NCBI GenBank assembly: GCA_934476455.1
Contig: CAKSNY010000001.1
Coordinates: 87,673 to 151,672 of the forward strand
Direction: 5' to 3'
Source: an uncultured Clostridia bacterium
GTDB lineage: Bacteria; Bacillota; Clostridia; UMGS1883
DNA: 64,000 nt
The notes under the pieces are model-generated. The model was not told the DNA's origin and made no database searches. It saw only the letters and a list, made by a program, of their open reading frames with translations. Both the position numbers and the translations under genes were made by a program. Below are positions 47,101 through 56,006 of the stretch, one piece after another (position 1 is the stretch's first letter; the number at the start of each line of letters is the position of its first letter).

Positions 47101-48636
47101 TTATTTGCTTAACAAATTATTTATCGTTGACCAAGCCAGGTTTTCCACCATTTCTGAAAATGTTTTAAATCTTGAACCGGCGCAGCCCGTACACACATCA
47201 TTTATATATTTGCTGTCACGGTTAATATCTTCTTCGGTATAGCTTTCGTCAGGCAGATAAAGCGTGCAAAAATGCACGTTTACACATTTTTTTGCAATAG
47301 GTTCAAGCTTAAGCATCATACCTATTTTCGGAAAGTCCGTAAATTTGTTGCGCCCGCTTGTCACAATAAGCATAGAACGGTTGCTGTTATACGCCTTGTC
47401 CTCCGAAAAATATGTTTCAATTGCGTATTCAAGCACATAGTCGCCGAATTCATTGTCCAAAACGGTCTCAAGCGTTGAAAGAATTTTATCATCATAATAA
47501 AACCTGTAATTAAGCTCGTAAGTTCTTACCTCGTGCTTTACGGAGATGCACCAGGCGTTTACGTCCTTTTCACGTATGCAATCCTGCAAAAGCTTCTTCG
47601 CGCCGTCAATACCGTCTTGCAAAAACTCCACACATTCAAGCGGGACAAGCCGCCTGTGCCTGAAAATAAAGTTGTTGGAGTTTTTATTTATAAGCTCAAG
47701 GCAGGTATAACGCTTTTTATATTTTTCGCTGACAGCTTCACCGTATCTTACAAGAAGGCGAAGAGTGGTGCTTTCCATTTCAACCTCGCCGATTTCGTAA
47801 AGATAGTCCGCCAAAATACATACGGGCGCAAAGGAACTTTCCATACAATACACCTTTACGCATCTGTGAAGATCCTGCAAAAGGGCGTTAAGGTCAACCG
47901 TTCCGCCGTTTCTCATAAATGCAATGGAGGCTATTATTATATCTATATCTTTTACGGTTACATACGAACCGTCGCGCTTTTTTCGCTTGAAACAGAAATA
48001 TTTTTCGGCATATTTAAAATAATCGAGCGTTTGCTGCTCATTGGAACGCGTAAGCGGGCGTTTTGCAACATAGTACAAATATTTTTTTATGTTAACGGGG
48101 TATTCCGCAGGTTTATCGCAAAGAGATATAACCCTGTATGCACTTTTATATTTGCCCTGCGCCTTAATCTCTTCATAAAGGTTAAGGTCAGAGAGGGCAC
48201 CTTCAACAAATGCCTCTGCTCCGCGGGTGTTGTTTTGCGAAATATCGTGCATAAACCACCTTGCGGAATGGCGCGATATAACAGACTGCTTCCTTTTTTC
48301 AGACAGAAAGCTGCGGCGCTTGTTTGTAAGATTTTTAAGCTCTGCCGAAAGGGATTCTATGGTTGCAAACTCCCTTATTAAAAGGAATGTCCAAACTATA
48401 TCGCCTTCGTCGAACGCATCACACGCCTCCTTAAACCGGGGAGAACTTTCATCCGAAAAATTAAAATAATATTTCATACACCAATCACGTATGGCGCGCT
48501 TCCTGTCGGCAAATTTGTATAAAGGAGAAAAGTTGCGGGAATCTACGTCTTTTTGCAGCTCTTCTTTCCACAGCTTTTTAAATTCATTTTGAAGTGCGAC
48601 ATCCGACTTCAAAATCGAATTACGTTTGAAAAGCAT
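47101..48636 (-). CDS. Hypothetical protein, 511 aa, with no recognisable domain. It has its own promoter and terminator.
   Basis: Long ORF with a good RBS (AGAGGTG, 5 nt, ATG). No TM segment, signal peptide or known catalytic motif was seen. It is K/Y/F/E-rich and its GC looks lower than its neighbours. Confidence 0.55.
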   Translation of the reverse strand: MLFKRNSILKSDVALQNEFKKLWKEELQKDVDSRNFSPLYKFADRKRAIRDWCMKYYFNFSDESSPRFKEACDAFDEGDIVWTFLLIREFATIESLSAELKNLTNKRRSFLSEKRKQSVISRHSARWFMHDISQNNTRGAEAFVEGALSDLNLYEEIKAQGKYKSAYRVISLCDKPAEYPVNIKKYLYYVAKRPLTRSNEQQTLDYFKYAEKYFCFKRKKRDGSYVTVKDIDIIIASIAFMRNGGTVDLNALLQDLHRCVKVYCMESSFAPVCILADYLYEIGEVEMESTTLRLLVRYGEAVSEKYKKRYTCLELINKNSNNFIFRHRRLVPLECVEFLQDGIDGAKKLLQDCIREKDVNAWCISVKHEVRTYELNYRFYYDDKILSTLETVLDNEFGDYVLEYAIETYFSEDKAYNSNRSMLIVTSGRNKFTDFPKIGMMLKLEPIAKKCVNVHFCTLYLPDESYTEEDINRDSKYINDVCTGCAGSRFKTFSEMVENLAWSTINNLLSK

Positions 48637-48666
48637 TTAATCACCTCTGTGTAAAATAACAAATTT

Positions 48667-48695
48667 ATTATAACAAATACACTGTTGCTTTTCAA
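48667..48695 (-). promoter_or_regulatory. Consensus sigma-A promoter (minus strand) for the 511-aa hypothetical gene: TTGAAA, 17 bp, TGtTATAAT.
   Basis: On the plus strand, the -10 is attata at 48667-48672 and the -35 is tttcaa at 48690-48695. The spacing is exactly 17 bp with an extended TG. Confidence 0.55.
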
Positions 48696-48734
48696 CCGAT
48701 TTTTCCAAAAAACTGACTTTTTACCCGAAAACAT

Positions 48735-49454
48735 TTAAATATTTTTGGCTATATCTTTTCTAAGGCGTTTTATAATTCGTTTTTCCAGACGTGATATATA
48801 ACTTTGGCTGATTCCGAGCATATCGGCAACCTCTTTTTGTGTTTTTTCTTTTTTCCCTCCAAGACCGTAACGCATTTCCATAATCATACGTTCCCTGTCG
48901 CAAAGTCTGTTCATTGCAGAATGTAAAAGCTGCTTTTCGACCTCTTCTTCAAGGTGGCGGTCAACGCTGTCGTCATCGGTTCCCAAAATATCACAAAGGA
49001 GAAGCTCGTTTCCGTCCCAGTCGATATTAAGAGGTTCGTCAAAGGAAATTTCCGTTTTCTGTGAATTGTTTTTTCTCAGATACATCAGAATTTCGTTTTC
49101 AATACATCGGCTTGCATACGTTGCAAGCTTTATATTTTTATCGGGCTTAAATGTATTGATTGCCTTTATCAGCCCTATAGTGCCTATGGAAACAAGGTCA
49201 TCTACACATATATTGGTATTTTCAAATTTTTTTGCTATATATACAACAAGCCTCAGATTATGCTCGATAAGCTGCTTGCGGCAATCGGGCTTTGCGATGT
49301 TTTCAATGCAGCTTTTCTCAAGCTCGGGCGAAAGGGGCGGGGGCAGAAAATCACCTCCGCCGACATAATGTATCTCTTTTCCCAGCCCAAGCCTGTGAAA
49401 CAGACGGGCATAGTTTACACGCATATTGTTTTCAAGAGTAAGAAGAAGTTTCAT
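48735..49454 (-). CDS. sigE: RNA polymerase sporulation sigma factor sigma-E (pro-sigma-E).
   Basis: [10 protein letters not shown]...[17 protein letters not shown]...[66 protein letters not shown] is near-collinear with B. subtilis SigE, including the pro-sequence. It lies immediately downstream of spoIIGA. Confidence 0.9.
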   Translation of the reverse strand: MKLLLTLENNMRVNYARLFHRLGLGKEIHYVGGGDFLPPPLSPELEKSCIENIAKPDCRKQLIEHNLRLVVYIAKKFENTNICVDDLVSIGTIGLIKAINTFKPDKNIKLATYASRCIENEILMYLRKNNSQKTEISFDEPLNIDWDGNELLLCDILGTDDDSVDRHLEEEVEKQLLHSAMNRLCDRERMIMEMRYGLGGKKEKTQKEVADMLGISQSYISRLEKRIIKRLRKDIAKNI

Positions 49455-49469
49455 TTTTACTGCGCCTTT

Positions 49470-50372
49470 CTATAAATATGGATTGAATAATGCACTGTAG
49501 CTTTTATCTTTTGAAAGAGGCCGGTCATAAATCCCGACAACGCAGCGGTCTAAAACCTTAACGCCGCAGTCGTCGCATATTTCCGCTTTATCGGGTACGA
49601 AACCCAGGAGCATACCGTTTTCCCTTCCGACCGATGAAAAAGGTATGAGTCGCGTTTTAAGCCCCTTTTGTGCAACATCTGCCATAACCCATGTAAGATT
49701 ATCACGCCCGAGGCGGTCAAGCTCATTTTTTATTTCGTCGGAAAAGAGCGGCTTTACAAACCGATATTCGGCAACAATTACGGGAGAAAGTGTAACGGGG
49801 TCGACAAGACCGTTGCCCGTGTCAAGCAGCGCGGTAAGCTCGGCGGTTTTTCCGCCGAGCGACAGCCGAAGCGCCTTTTTAAGTGACGAACCGGAATTAA
49901 GCTTTGAGGAAACAAGCGTGCACAGATGAAGCAGGCAATAAAACAGTATTCCCGACACAAGAAGAATTGTCCACGGAAGATTAAAATAAAGCACACCGTT
50001 TGAATAAATCGCACCAAGGCGGGAACCTATGTCGCTGAAATAAAATATGCCCAGAACGCATCCGCCGAAGCCGAATGAAACCATATAAAAAATGAGCAGA
50101 GCTTTTATGTAGCTGCGAACACTGTAAAACGGAAATGCGCACGCAACGATAACCATAGATACCAAAAGCTTTGAAACGGTTGTAAAAAGCACGGAAAAAT
50201 CGGGAAAGAACATTAAAATTGCATAGCACGCGCCTATAAGTGCGCCCAGCAGAATACGCATTTTCCGCTGCCACAGCCCGGCAAGTATTCCGCAGGCTGA
50301 GAGAAGCAGATAATTTATAAGAAGATTGACGGCAAAAAGCACGTCTATGTAAACAGTCGGCACAATCATCAC
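49470..50372 (-). CDS. spoIIGA: Sigma-E processing peptidase SpoIIGA (membrane aspartic protease).
   Basis: N-terminal polytopic membrane domain. The C-terminal protease motif is LLDTGNGLVDPVT. It is followed 15 nt later by sigE. Confidence 0.85.
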   Translation of the reverse strand: MMIVPTVYIDVLFAVNLLINYLLLSACGILAGLWQRKMRILLGALIGACYAILMFFPDFSVLFTTVSKLLVSMVIVACAFPFYSVRSYIKALLIFYMVSFGFGGCVLGIFYFSDIGSRLGAIYSNGVLYFNLPWTILLVSGILFYCLLHLCTLVSSKLNSGSSLKKALRLSLGGKTAELTALLDTGNGLVDPVTLSPVIVAEYRFVKPLFSDEIKNELDRLGRDNLTWVMADVAQKGLKTRLIPFSSVGRENGMLLGFVPDKAEICDDCGVKVLDRCVVGIYDRPLSKDKSYSALFNPYL

Positions 50373-50445
50373 CCATATTTATTATAAAGCACAGTATATA
50401 AAAAATTTGTCGTAAGAAAGAGCGTGTAAAAAATTTTTTTCGGAC

Positions 50446-50482
50446 AAAAAACCACACATTCCGTTTATTTGGAATGTGCGGT
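50446..50482 (-). terminator. Rho-independent terminator after the rubrerythrin gene (minus strand).
   Basis: Stem accacacattcc / ggaatgtgcggt (one mismatch) followed on the minus strand by TTTTTGTCC. Confidence 0.5.
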
Positions 50483-50500
50483 TTTAAGAAAAAGCGACTC

Positions 50501-51034
50501 TTAATAATTATCCTTGTATATTTCAAAATATCCCTGCGGGTGGAAGCATACGGGGCAGACCTCGGGCGCTTTTGCCGCCGTAACAATGTGCCCGCAGTTT
50601 CGGCAAATCCAAATACGGTTTTCCGATTTTTCAAAAACCGTATTTTCATCAAGATTTTTAAGAAGCGCCAAAAAACGTTCTTCGTGAAATTTTTCAATTT
50701 CGGCAACCGCGCGAAATTGTGCGGCAATCGATGTAAAGCCCTCCTCCATTGCTTCATCGGCAAACTGACTGTACATCTTTGTCCATTCGTAATTTTCACC
50801 CTCTGCGGCAGCGGCAAGATTGCTTTTTGTCGTGCCTAAAAGCTTAAGCGCTTTGAACCAAAGCTTTGCATGCTCCTTTTCGTTGCCTGCGGTTTCTTCA
50901 AAAATATCGGCAATTTGCATATAGCCCTCGTTTTTGGCAATTGATGCATAATATGTGTATTTGTTTCTTGCCTGCGATTCGCCCGCAAACGCAGCTATAA
51001 GGTTTTGTTCTGTTTTTGTGCCTTCATAGTCCAT
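50501..51034 (-). CDS. rbr: Rubrerythrin.
   Basis: Ferritin-like diiron domain with E..H motifs, plus a C-terminal rubredoxin-like CRNCGH...CPVCFHP. Confidence 0.85.
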   Translation of the reverse strand: MDYEGTKTEQNLIAAFAGESQARNKYTYYASIAKNEGYMQIADIFEETAGNEKEHAKLWFKALKLLGTTKSNLAAAAEGENYEWTKMYSQFADEAMEEGFTSIAAQFRAVAEIEKFHEERFLALLKNLDENTVFEKSENRIWICRNCGHIVTAAKAPEVCPVCFHPQGYFEIYKDNY

Positions 51035-51078
51035 AATCTCACTCTCCTATGGATTATTCTTTGCACAAAAAACAAAAT

Positions 51079-51669
51079 TTATTCATAGCCGCATATCTCT
51101 TTTATGGCTTCCCATGCCTCCGATGTGCCAAGCCCCGTTTCCGCAGAAAACGGAATCATAATATCTTCATCGGTAAGGTTTAGGGTATAGTAAATCAAGT
51201 CAAGATGTTCTTCAAGCTTTGTTTTTGCTATTTTGTCGCACTTTGTTGCAACAACAAGCGCAAACCCGTGTCGCCTGCGAATGAAGTTTAGCATTGTCAG
51301 GTCATCGGCAGTGGGCTTATGGCGTGCATCCACCAAGAGGGCGGTACACATAAGCTGTGAGCGCGTGTTAAGGTATGTTTCAATCATATTGCCCCAGCGT
51401 TTTTTTTCGTCGCGGCTTACGGCTGCATACCCGTAGCCGGGTAAATCAACAAGGTTTATGGTATCGTCAATGTTATAGAAATTTATTGTTGCGGTTTTTC
51501 CCGGCTTTGAGCTTGTACGTGCGAGCGACTTGCGATTTAAAAGCCTGTTTATAAAAGAGCTTTTTCCTACATTGCTGCGCCCGGCAAAGGCAATATCGGG
51601 AAAATCGGTTTCCGGATATTGGCGCGGGGAAACGGCGGAAACGGTGAGGGAAGCATTATGAATATTCAT
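51079..51669 (-). CDS. engB: Ribosome-biogenesis GTPase EngB (YsxC/YihA).
   Basis: The G1 motif is GRSNVGKSSFIN. The G3 motif is DLPGYGYA. Start chosen at MNIHNAS, overlapping the lon stop by 14 nt. Conserved lon-ysxC synteny supports the call. Confidence 0.85.
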   Translation of the reverse strand: MNIHNASLTVSAVSPRQYPETDFPDIAFAGRSNVGKSSFINRLLNRKSLARTSSKPGKTATINFYNIDDTINLVDLPGYGYAAVSRDEKKRWGNMIETYLNTRSQLMCTALLVDARHKPTADDLTMLNFIRRRHGFALVVATKCDKIAKTKLEEHLDLIYYTLNLTDEDIMIPFSAETGLGTSEAWEAIKEICGYE

Positions 51670-54028
51670 GGCGGGCGCTCCTTTCACATTCTTTTTTGCC
51701 GCGGAAAATATGCGTGTTTTTTTCAGCAAGCGCTAAATCAAATACCGCGCGGCAGTCTGAAACGGGGTGGAATACTATGGCGTCCGAGACCTCGGGCGGG
51801 ATATCCGTAAGGTCTTTTTCATTTTCAGCCGGAATTATTATATCTTTTATTCCCAGGCGATATGCGCCAAGCGCTTTTTCGCGCAGACCGCCGATAGGCA
51901 TTACGCGCCCGCGAAGCGATATTTCACCCGTCATTGCAATATCGCTTCTTACAGGGGTGCAGGTAAGCGCACTTATAAGTGCGGTTGCAATGGCTATGCC
52001 GGCGCTCGGACCGTCCTTCGGCACAGCACCTTCGGGGAAGTGTATGTGTATATCCTTTTCTTTAAAAATGTTCGCGTTTAAAGAAAAATCGTCGGCAATG
52101 CTGCGTATATAGCCGAGAGCTGTCTGCGCGGATTCTTTCATAACATCACCGAGTTTTCCGGTAAGGATAAGCTTGCCGCTTCCGTCAAAAACCGTACATT
52201 CGCAAAGTAAGACCTCGCCGCCGACCTGCGTCCATGCAAGCCCATTCACAAGTCCGATGCACGGTGTATGCGAGGGCGCGTCGCGGAAATACTTTTGCTT
52301 CCCAAGAAAATCGGAAAGGTTTGCGTTTGTTATGTAAAAGCCTTTACAATCACCGTTTTCTTCAAGTGTTACGCATTTTCTTATTACCGTTTTTATCTCG
52401 CGTTCAAGAAGCCGAACACCGGCTTCGCGCGTGTAGCCGGTGATAATGCTTTTAATAGCCTTATCACTGAAACGAACATCCTTTCCAGTAATTGCGTGTG
52501 CGGCAAGCTGTGACGGAATAAGGTGTTTTTTTGCAATAAAAAGCTTTTCTTCATCCGTATAGCTCGGAAGTTCGATGATTTCCAGTCTGTCAAGAAGAGG
52601 CGCGGGTATTGTTTCGGCAGTATTTGCCGTTGCAATGAACAAAACACCGGAAAGGTCAATCCCTGTTTCAAGAAAATTATCACGAAAAGAGGTGTTTTGC
52701 TCGGGGTCGAGTATTTCAAGCAGGGCAGAGGCCGGGTCACCCTTATAATCGGATGCCAGCTTGTCTATCTCGTCAAGAAGTATCAGCGGATTTGACGTTT
52801 TCACACGGCGCAGCGCGTCGGCTATGCGCCCCGGCATAGAGCCGATATATGTCTTGCGGTGACCGCGAAGCTCCGCCTCGTCACGCATTCCGCCGAGGCT
52901 TATCCGGCAAAATTTACGCCCGCAGGCAGCAGCAATAGATTTTGCAATTGATGTTTTACCCACGCCGGGCGCACCGAGAAGACACAAAACACTGCCGCAG
53001 GTCTTCTTTGTTCGGTTTATTACGGCAAGCTGCTCTAAAATACGCTCTTTCACCTTTTCCATTCCGTAATGACTTTTGTCAAGTTCCTTGCGTGCAGCCT
53101 TAATATCTGTCGAGAGGTCTGTTTCAATTCCCCAGGGAAGAGAACACAAAACCTCAAGATAATGACGCGATATATTCGCCTCCGGCGAGGTGGGCGGCAG
53201 CTTTTCAAGCGTATGCAGTTCACGCATTGCGCGTTCGTAAGCATCCTCCGTAAGGGCGGTGCTGTCTATCTTTTTGCGCAATGCCTCTGTTTCGTCAAAA
53301 TTGTCGTCGCCGAGTTCCGAGTGTATCGCCTTTAACTGCTCACGAAGATAGTAGTCTCGGTTGTTGTCCTCCATTTGTTCTTTTACACGCATAGAGATAA
53401 TGCTCTCAACGTCTAAAATCTTAAGTTCCTCGGTCATTAAATCGACAAGCTTTATAAGACGCTTTTTTACATTTGTTATACCAAGAAGCAAAAGCTTGTC
53501 TTCATTTTTTCGTAAAAAATTTTCGGCGAGCACGTCGCACAGGCGTGACGGGTCATCATCCGGAAGATTTTTTAAAAACGGTGCCGACGCAAGCTTTTTG
53601 TCAAGCTCTATAAAATCGTTTATAATAAGCTGAAGCTGATTGTAAAGCGCCGCGTAATGCTCGGGTGAAAGGCCGCGCACAGAGGACTTTTTAACTTTAA
53701 CAGCCGCACTCAGAAAGTCGCCCGTTTCCGTCAGGGAAGATATTTCGCCGCGGCTTTCGCCTTCTATAAGAACGCGAAGCCCGTCTCCGTTTTTTATGAC
53801 ACGGCGTATTTTTGCTATAACGCCCGTTTTGCATATGTCATCGGGAGAGGGTGTTTCTACGGTATCGTCCTTTTGTGATGCGAGGAACACGAAACCGTCG
53901 TTTTCAAGTGCGGCGTTTATTGCGGCAATGCTCATTTTTCGCGCAACATCAAAGTGAAACACCGTTTTCGGAAATATAATAAACCCGCGCGTCGGAACGA
54001 CGGGCAGTGTCTTTTTTTCAAGTGCCAT
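51656..54028 (-). CDS. lon: ATP-dependent Lon protease (LonA).
   Basis: LAPGVGKTS, LLDEIDK and the Ser-Lys dyad region PKDGPSAGIAIATALIS are present. The protein is 790 aa with an N-terminal LON domain. Confidence 0.92.
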   Translation of the reverse strand: MALEKKTLPVVPTRGFIIFPKTVFHFDVARKMSIAAINAALENDGFVFLASQKDDTVETPSPDDICKTGVIAKIRRVIKNGDGLRVLIEGESRGEISSLTETGDFLSAAVKVKKSSVRGLSPEHYAALYNQLQLIINDFIELDKKLASAPFLKNLPDDDPSRLCDVLAENFLRKNEDKLLLLGITNVKKRLIKLVDLMTEELKILDVESIISMRVKEQMEDNNRDYYLREQLKAIHSELGDDNFDETEALRKKIDSTALTEDAYERAMRELHTLEKLPPTSPEANISRHYLEVLCSLPWGIETDLSTDIKAARKELDKSHYGMEKVKERILEQLAVINRTKKTCGSVLCLLGAPGVGKTSIAKSIAAACGRKFCRISLGGMRDEAELRGHRKTYIGSMPGRIADALRRVKTSNPLILLDEIDKLASDYKGDPASALLEILDPEQNTSFRDNFLETGIDLSGVLFIATANTAETIPAPLLDRLEIIELPSYTDEEKLFIAKKHLIPSQLAAHAITGKDVRFSDKAIKSIITGYTREAGVRLLEREIKTVIRKCVTLEENGDCKGFYITNANLSDFLGKQKYFRDAPSHTPCIGLVNGLAWTQVGGEVLLCECTVFDGSGKLILTGKLGDVMKESAQTALGYIRSIADDFSLNANIFKEKDIHIHFPEGAVPKDGPSAGIAIATALISALTCTPVRSDIAMTGEISLRGRVMPIGGLREKALGAYRLGIKDIIIPAENEKDLTDIPPEVSDAIVFHPVSDCRAVFDLALAEKNTHIFRGKKECERSARHEYS

Positions 54029-54109
54029 AGTAAAAACCTCATATCTGTATAAATATAAATGGCATTATAACACAATGCACCAAAAAATACAAGCATGGCG
54101 AGGCATATT

Positions 54110-54628
54110 TTAAAATAAAAGTCTGCAAAAATAACAACCCGCAGCCACACATACAAAATCACCTATAAGAGCGCAAATAATGCTGTAACGCATTTTTTTT
54201 ACGCGCGTGCCGCAAAAATAAATCGCGGAAACGTAAAAGGTTGTTTCGGTGCCCGCGCAAATAACGCTTGCCGCACGACCGGAAAAGCTGTCGGGCGTGC
54301 ATACGGAAAGTATCCGCTGAAGAGCAGCGGTTGCGCCGCTTCCGGAAATGGGACGAATTATAAAAAGCTGGCACAGCTCGCGCGGAATATGGAAAAAAGA
54401 CAGCACAGGGGATAAAAAAAGCCCCAGCGCGTCCAATAATCCGCTTTGCGAAAGGAGTTCTGTCATAACCACAAGAGCCAGCAGCGACGGAAATATATTA
54501 CATACGTCGCAAAGGGCGCTCTTTGCCCCGCTTACAAATGCGTTAAACGGGTTTTTTCCGCGAAGAACGGAGACGCACAGTATTAAAAACAGCATCATAG
54601 GTACTATGTAAGAAGAAAAATCAAACAT
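54110..54628 (-). CDS. spmB: Spore maturation protein B (nucleoside-recognition / Gate-domain membrane protein).
   Basis: Polytopic membrane protein homologous to SpmB, directly downstream of spmA. Start taken at MFDFSSYIV. Confidence 0.65.
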   Translation of the reverse strand: MFDFSSYIVPMMLFLILCVSVLRGKNPFNAFVSGAKSALCDVCNIFPSLLALVVMTELLSQSGLLDALGLFLSPVLSFFHIPRELCQLFIIRPISGSGATAALQRILSVCTPDSFSGRAASVICAGTETTFYVSAIYFCGTRVKKMRYSIICALIGDFVCVAAGCYFCRLLF

Positions 54629-55205
54629 TTTTACAGTACCTCTTAAAAATAAGCGCAAGAGCGACGGAAACCGCAAGCGCACACCCGGAGGTAAGCCAAA
54701 CGGCAGGGATAATATCTCCGGGACTCGAAGCGCCGAGGGAGGCCCGCAGACCAATGACCGTGGAGGGAAGTATCTGAAGCGACGCGCAATTTAAAATTAC
54801 AAACATACACATACTGTCGCTTGCACTTTGCGGTGTGGAATTTTCCTTGTCAAGCTCGCTCATTGCAGAAATTCCGAGCGGTGTGGCGGCGTTGCCCATT
54901 CCGAGAAGATTTGCCGCAATATTCATTGTTATAAAGCGCAGAGCCTTGCTGTTTTCTTTTAATTCCGGGAATAAAACTTTTGTAAAAGGGCGCAGAATGC
55001 GCGAAAGAAACGTGCAAAGACCTGCATCGTCCGCAATACGCATAATTCCGGACCAAAAGCACATTATTCCGCCGATTGTAACGGTAAGGGCGGTGCTTCT
55101 TTCTATAGAGGAAAAAAGTACCGCCGAAAAATCAGCCGAACTTCCGCCGCAGCAAAAAAACACAATACATGAAATAAGAGCGCCGCACCATACATAATTT
55201 AACAT
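54621..55205 (-). CDS. spmA: Spore maturation protein A.
   Basis: MLNYVWCGALISCIVFF...FITMNIAANLLGMGNAATPLGISAM is the SpmA / nucleoside-transporter Gate-domain signature. Confidence 0.7.
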   Translation of the reverse strand: MLNYVWCGALISCIVFFCCGGSSADFSAVLFSSIERSTALTVTIGGIMCFWSGIMRIADDAGLCTFLSRILRPFTKVLFPELKENSKALRFITMNIAANLLGMGNAATPLGISAMSELDKENSTPQSASDSMCMFVILNCASLQILPSTVIGLRASLGASSPGDIIPAVWLTSGCALAVSVALALIFKRYCKNV

Positions 55206-55249
55206 AACAACCTCCGCTTAAATAAAATGTAAAAAAACAGATTTTTTTG

Positions 55250-55279
55250 TTGACGATAGTAATAAAACTGTGTTATCAT
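55250..55279 (+). promoter_or_regulatory. Sigma-A-type promoter: TTGACG, 18 bp, TGtTATCAT.
   Basis: -35 at 55250-55255, extended -10 at 55271-55279, about 70 nt upstream of GTG 55349. Confidence 0.4.
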
Positions 55280-55348
55280 AATTACAGACAAAGGGGCGCT
55301 TTTTGCGGCTCGGCGCCGTATGTTTCGTTCTGAAAGGATGTGTGTGAT

Positions 55349-55597
55349 GTGAAATCGACCGGTATAGTGAGGAAAGTTGACGAGCTGGGGCGTATAGTTC
55401 TTCCGATAGAGCTTAGAAGAACCCTTGATATAGGAGAGAGGGATTCTTTAGAAATTTATGTTGATAACGATGCGGTTATTCTGAAAAAGTACGAAAGATC
55501 CTGTATCTTTTGTTCAAGCAAGGAGAAAGTGTATCTCTTTAGCGGAAAATATGTCTGCGGGGAATGTATAGACAAGCTTGCAGGCAGTATTAAATAA
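55349..55597 (+). CDS. Small AbrB-family DNA-binding protein with a C-terminal CxxC-x14-CxxC zinc ribbon replacing the canonical AbrB C-domain.
   Basis: GTG start gives VKSTGIVRKVDELGRIVLPIELRRTLDIGERDSLEIYVD, matching the AbrB N-terminus MKSTGIVRKVDELGRVVIPIELRRTL. The C-terminus is CIFCSS...YVCGECIDK. Confidence 0.7.
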   Translation: MKSTGIVRKVDELGRIVLPIELRRTLDIGERDSLEIYVDNDAVILKKYERSCIFCSSKEKVYLFSGKYVCGECIDKLAGSIK

Positions 55598-55631
55598 AAA
55601 TAGACTTTAGCTATTTGTACGGAGGTTAATA

Positions 55632-55901
55632 ATGCGTTCTGTAATTACGGTAACAGGTGAAGACGCGGTCGGGATTATTGCCCGCGTAAGCGGTTATCTG
55701 GCGTCTAACAGTATAAACATTGTAGATATATCACAAACAACGCATCAAAATAAATTTCTTATGGTGATGCTGGTTGATATGGACGGCAGCGAGGTTGTGT
55801 TTTCACGCGCGGTGAAAGAGCTTAAGGAGCTTGGGCTTAAGATAGGGCAGAGGATAAATATGCGTCATGAACAGGTCTTTAACTCGATGCACAGAATATA
55901 A
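55632..55901 (+). CDS. ACT-domain protein (UPF0237 family).
   Basis: MRSVITVTGEDAVGIIARVSGYLASNSINIVDISQTT is an ACT fold. The conserved pairing with UPF0210 supports the call. Confidence 0.75.
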   Translation: MRSVITVTGEDAVGIIARVSGYLASNSINIVDISQTTHQNKFLMVMLVDMDGSEVVFSRAVKELKELGLKIGQRINMRHEQVFNSMHRI

Positions 55902-56006
55902 TACAAAAGTCCCGCTGCGATGTGCGGCGGGGTTTGTTTGATTGTAAAAGGTATAGGTATAACTTATTACGTCGGAGGCGATTTTGTGATTAACCCTTTT
56001 GAAATA

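Noticed and set aside
47533-48381. 282-aa plus-strand ORF.
   Set aside because: It is antisense to the 511-aa hypothetical gene, which has a promoter, an RBS and a terminator on the minus strand. There is no RBS or promoter for the plus-strand frame.
49981-50817. 278-aa minus-strand ORF spanning the spoIIGA 5' end, the intergenic terminator and the rubrerythrin gene.
   Set aside because: It crosses a terminator and overlaps two well-supported genes in other frames. It is spurious.
51696-52112. 138-aa and 104-aa plus-strand ORFs.
   Set aside because: They are antisense inside lon. Many similar small shadow ORFs throughout the ORF track were not listed for the same reason.
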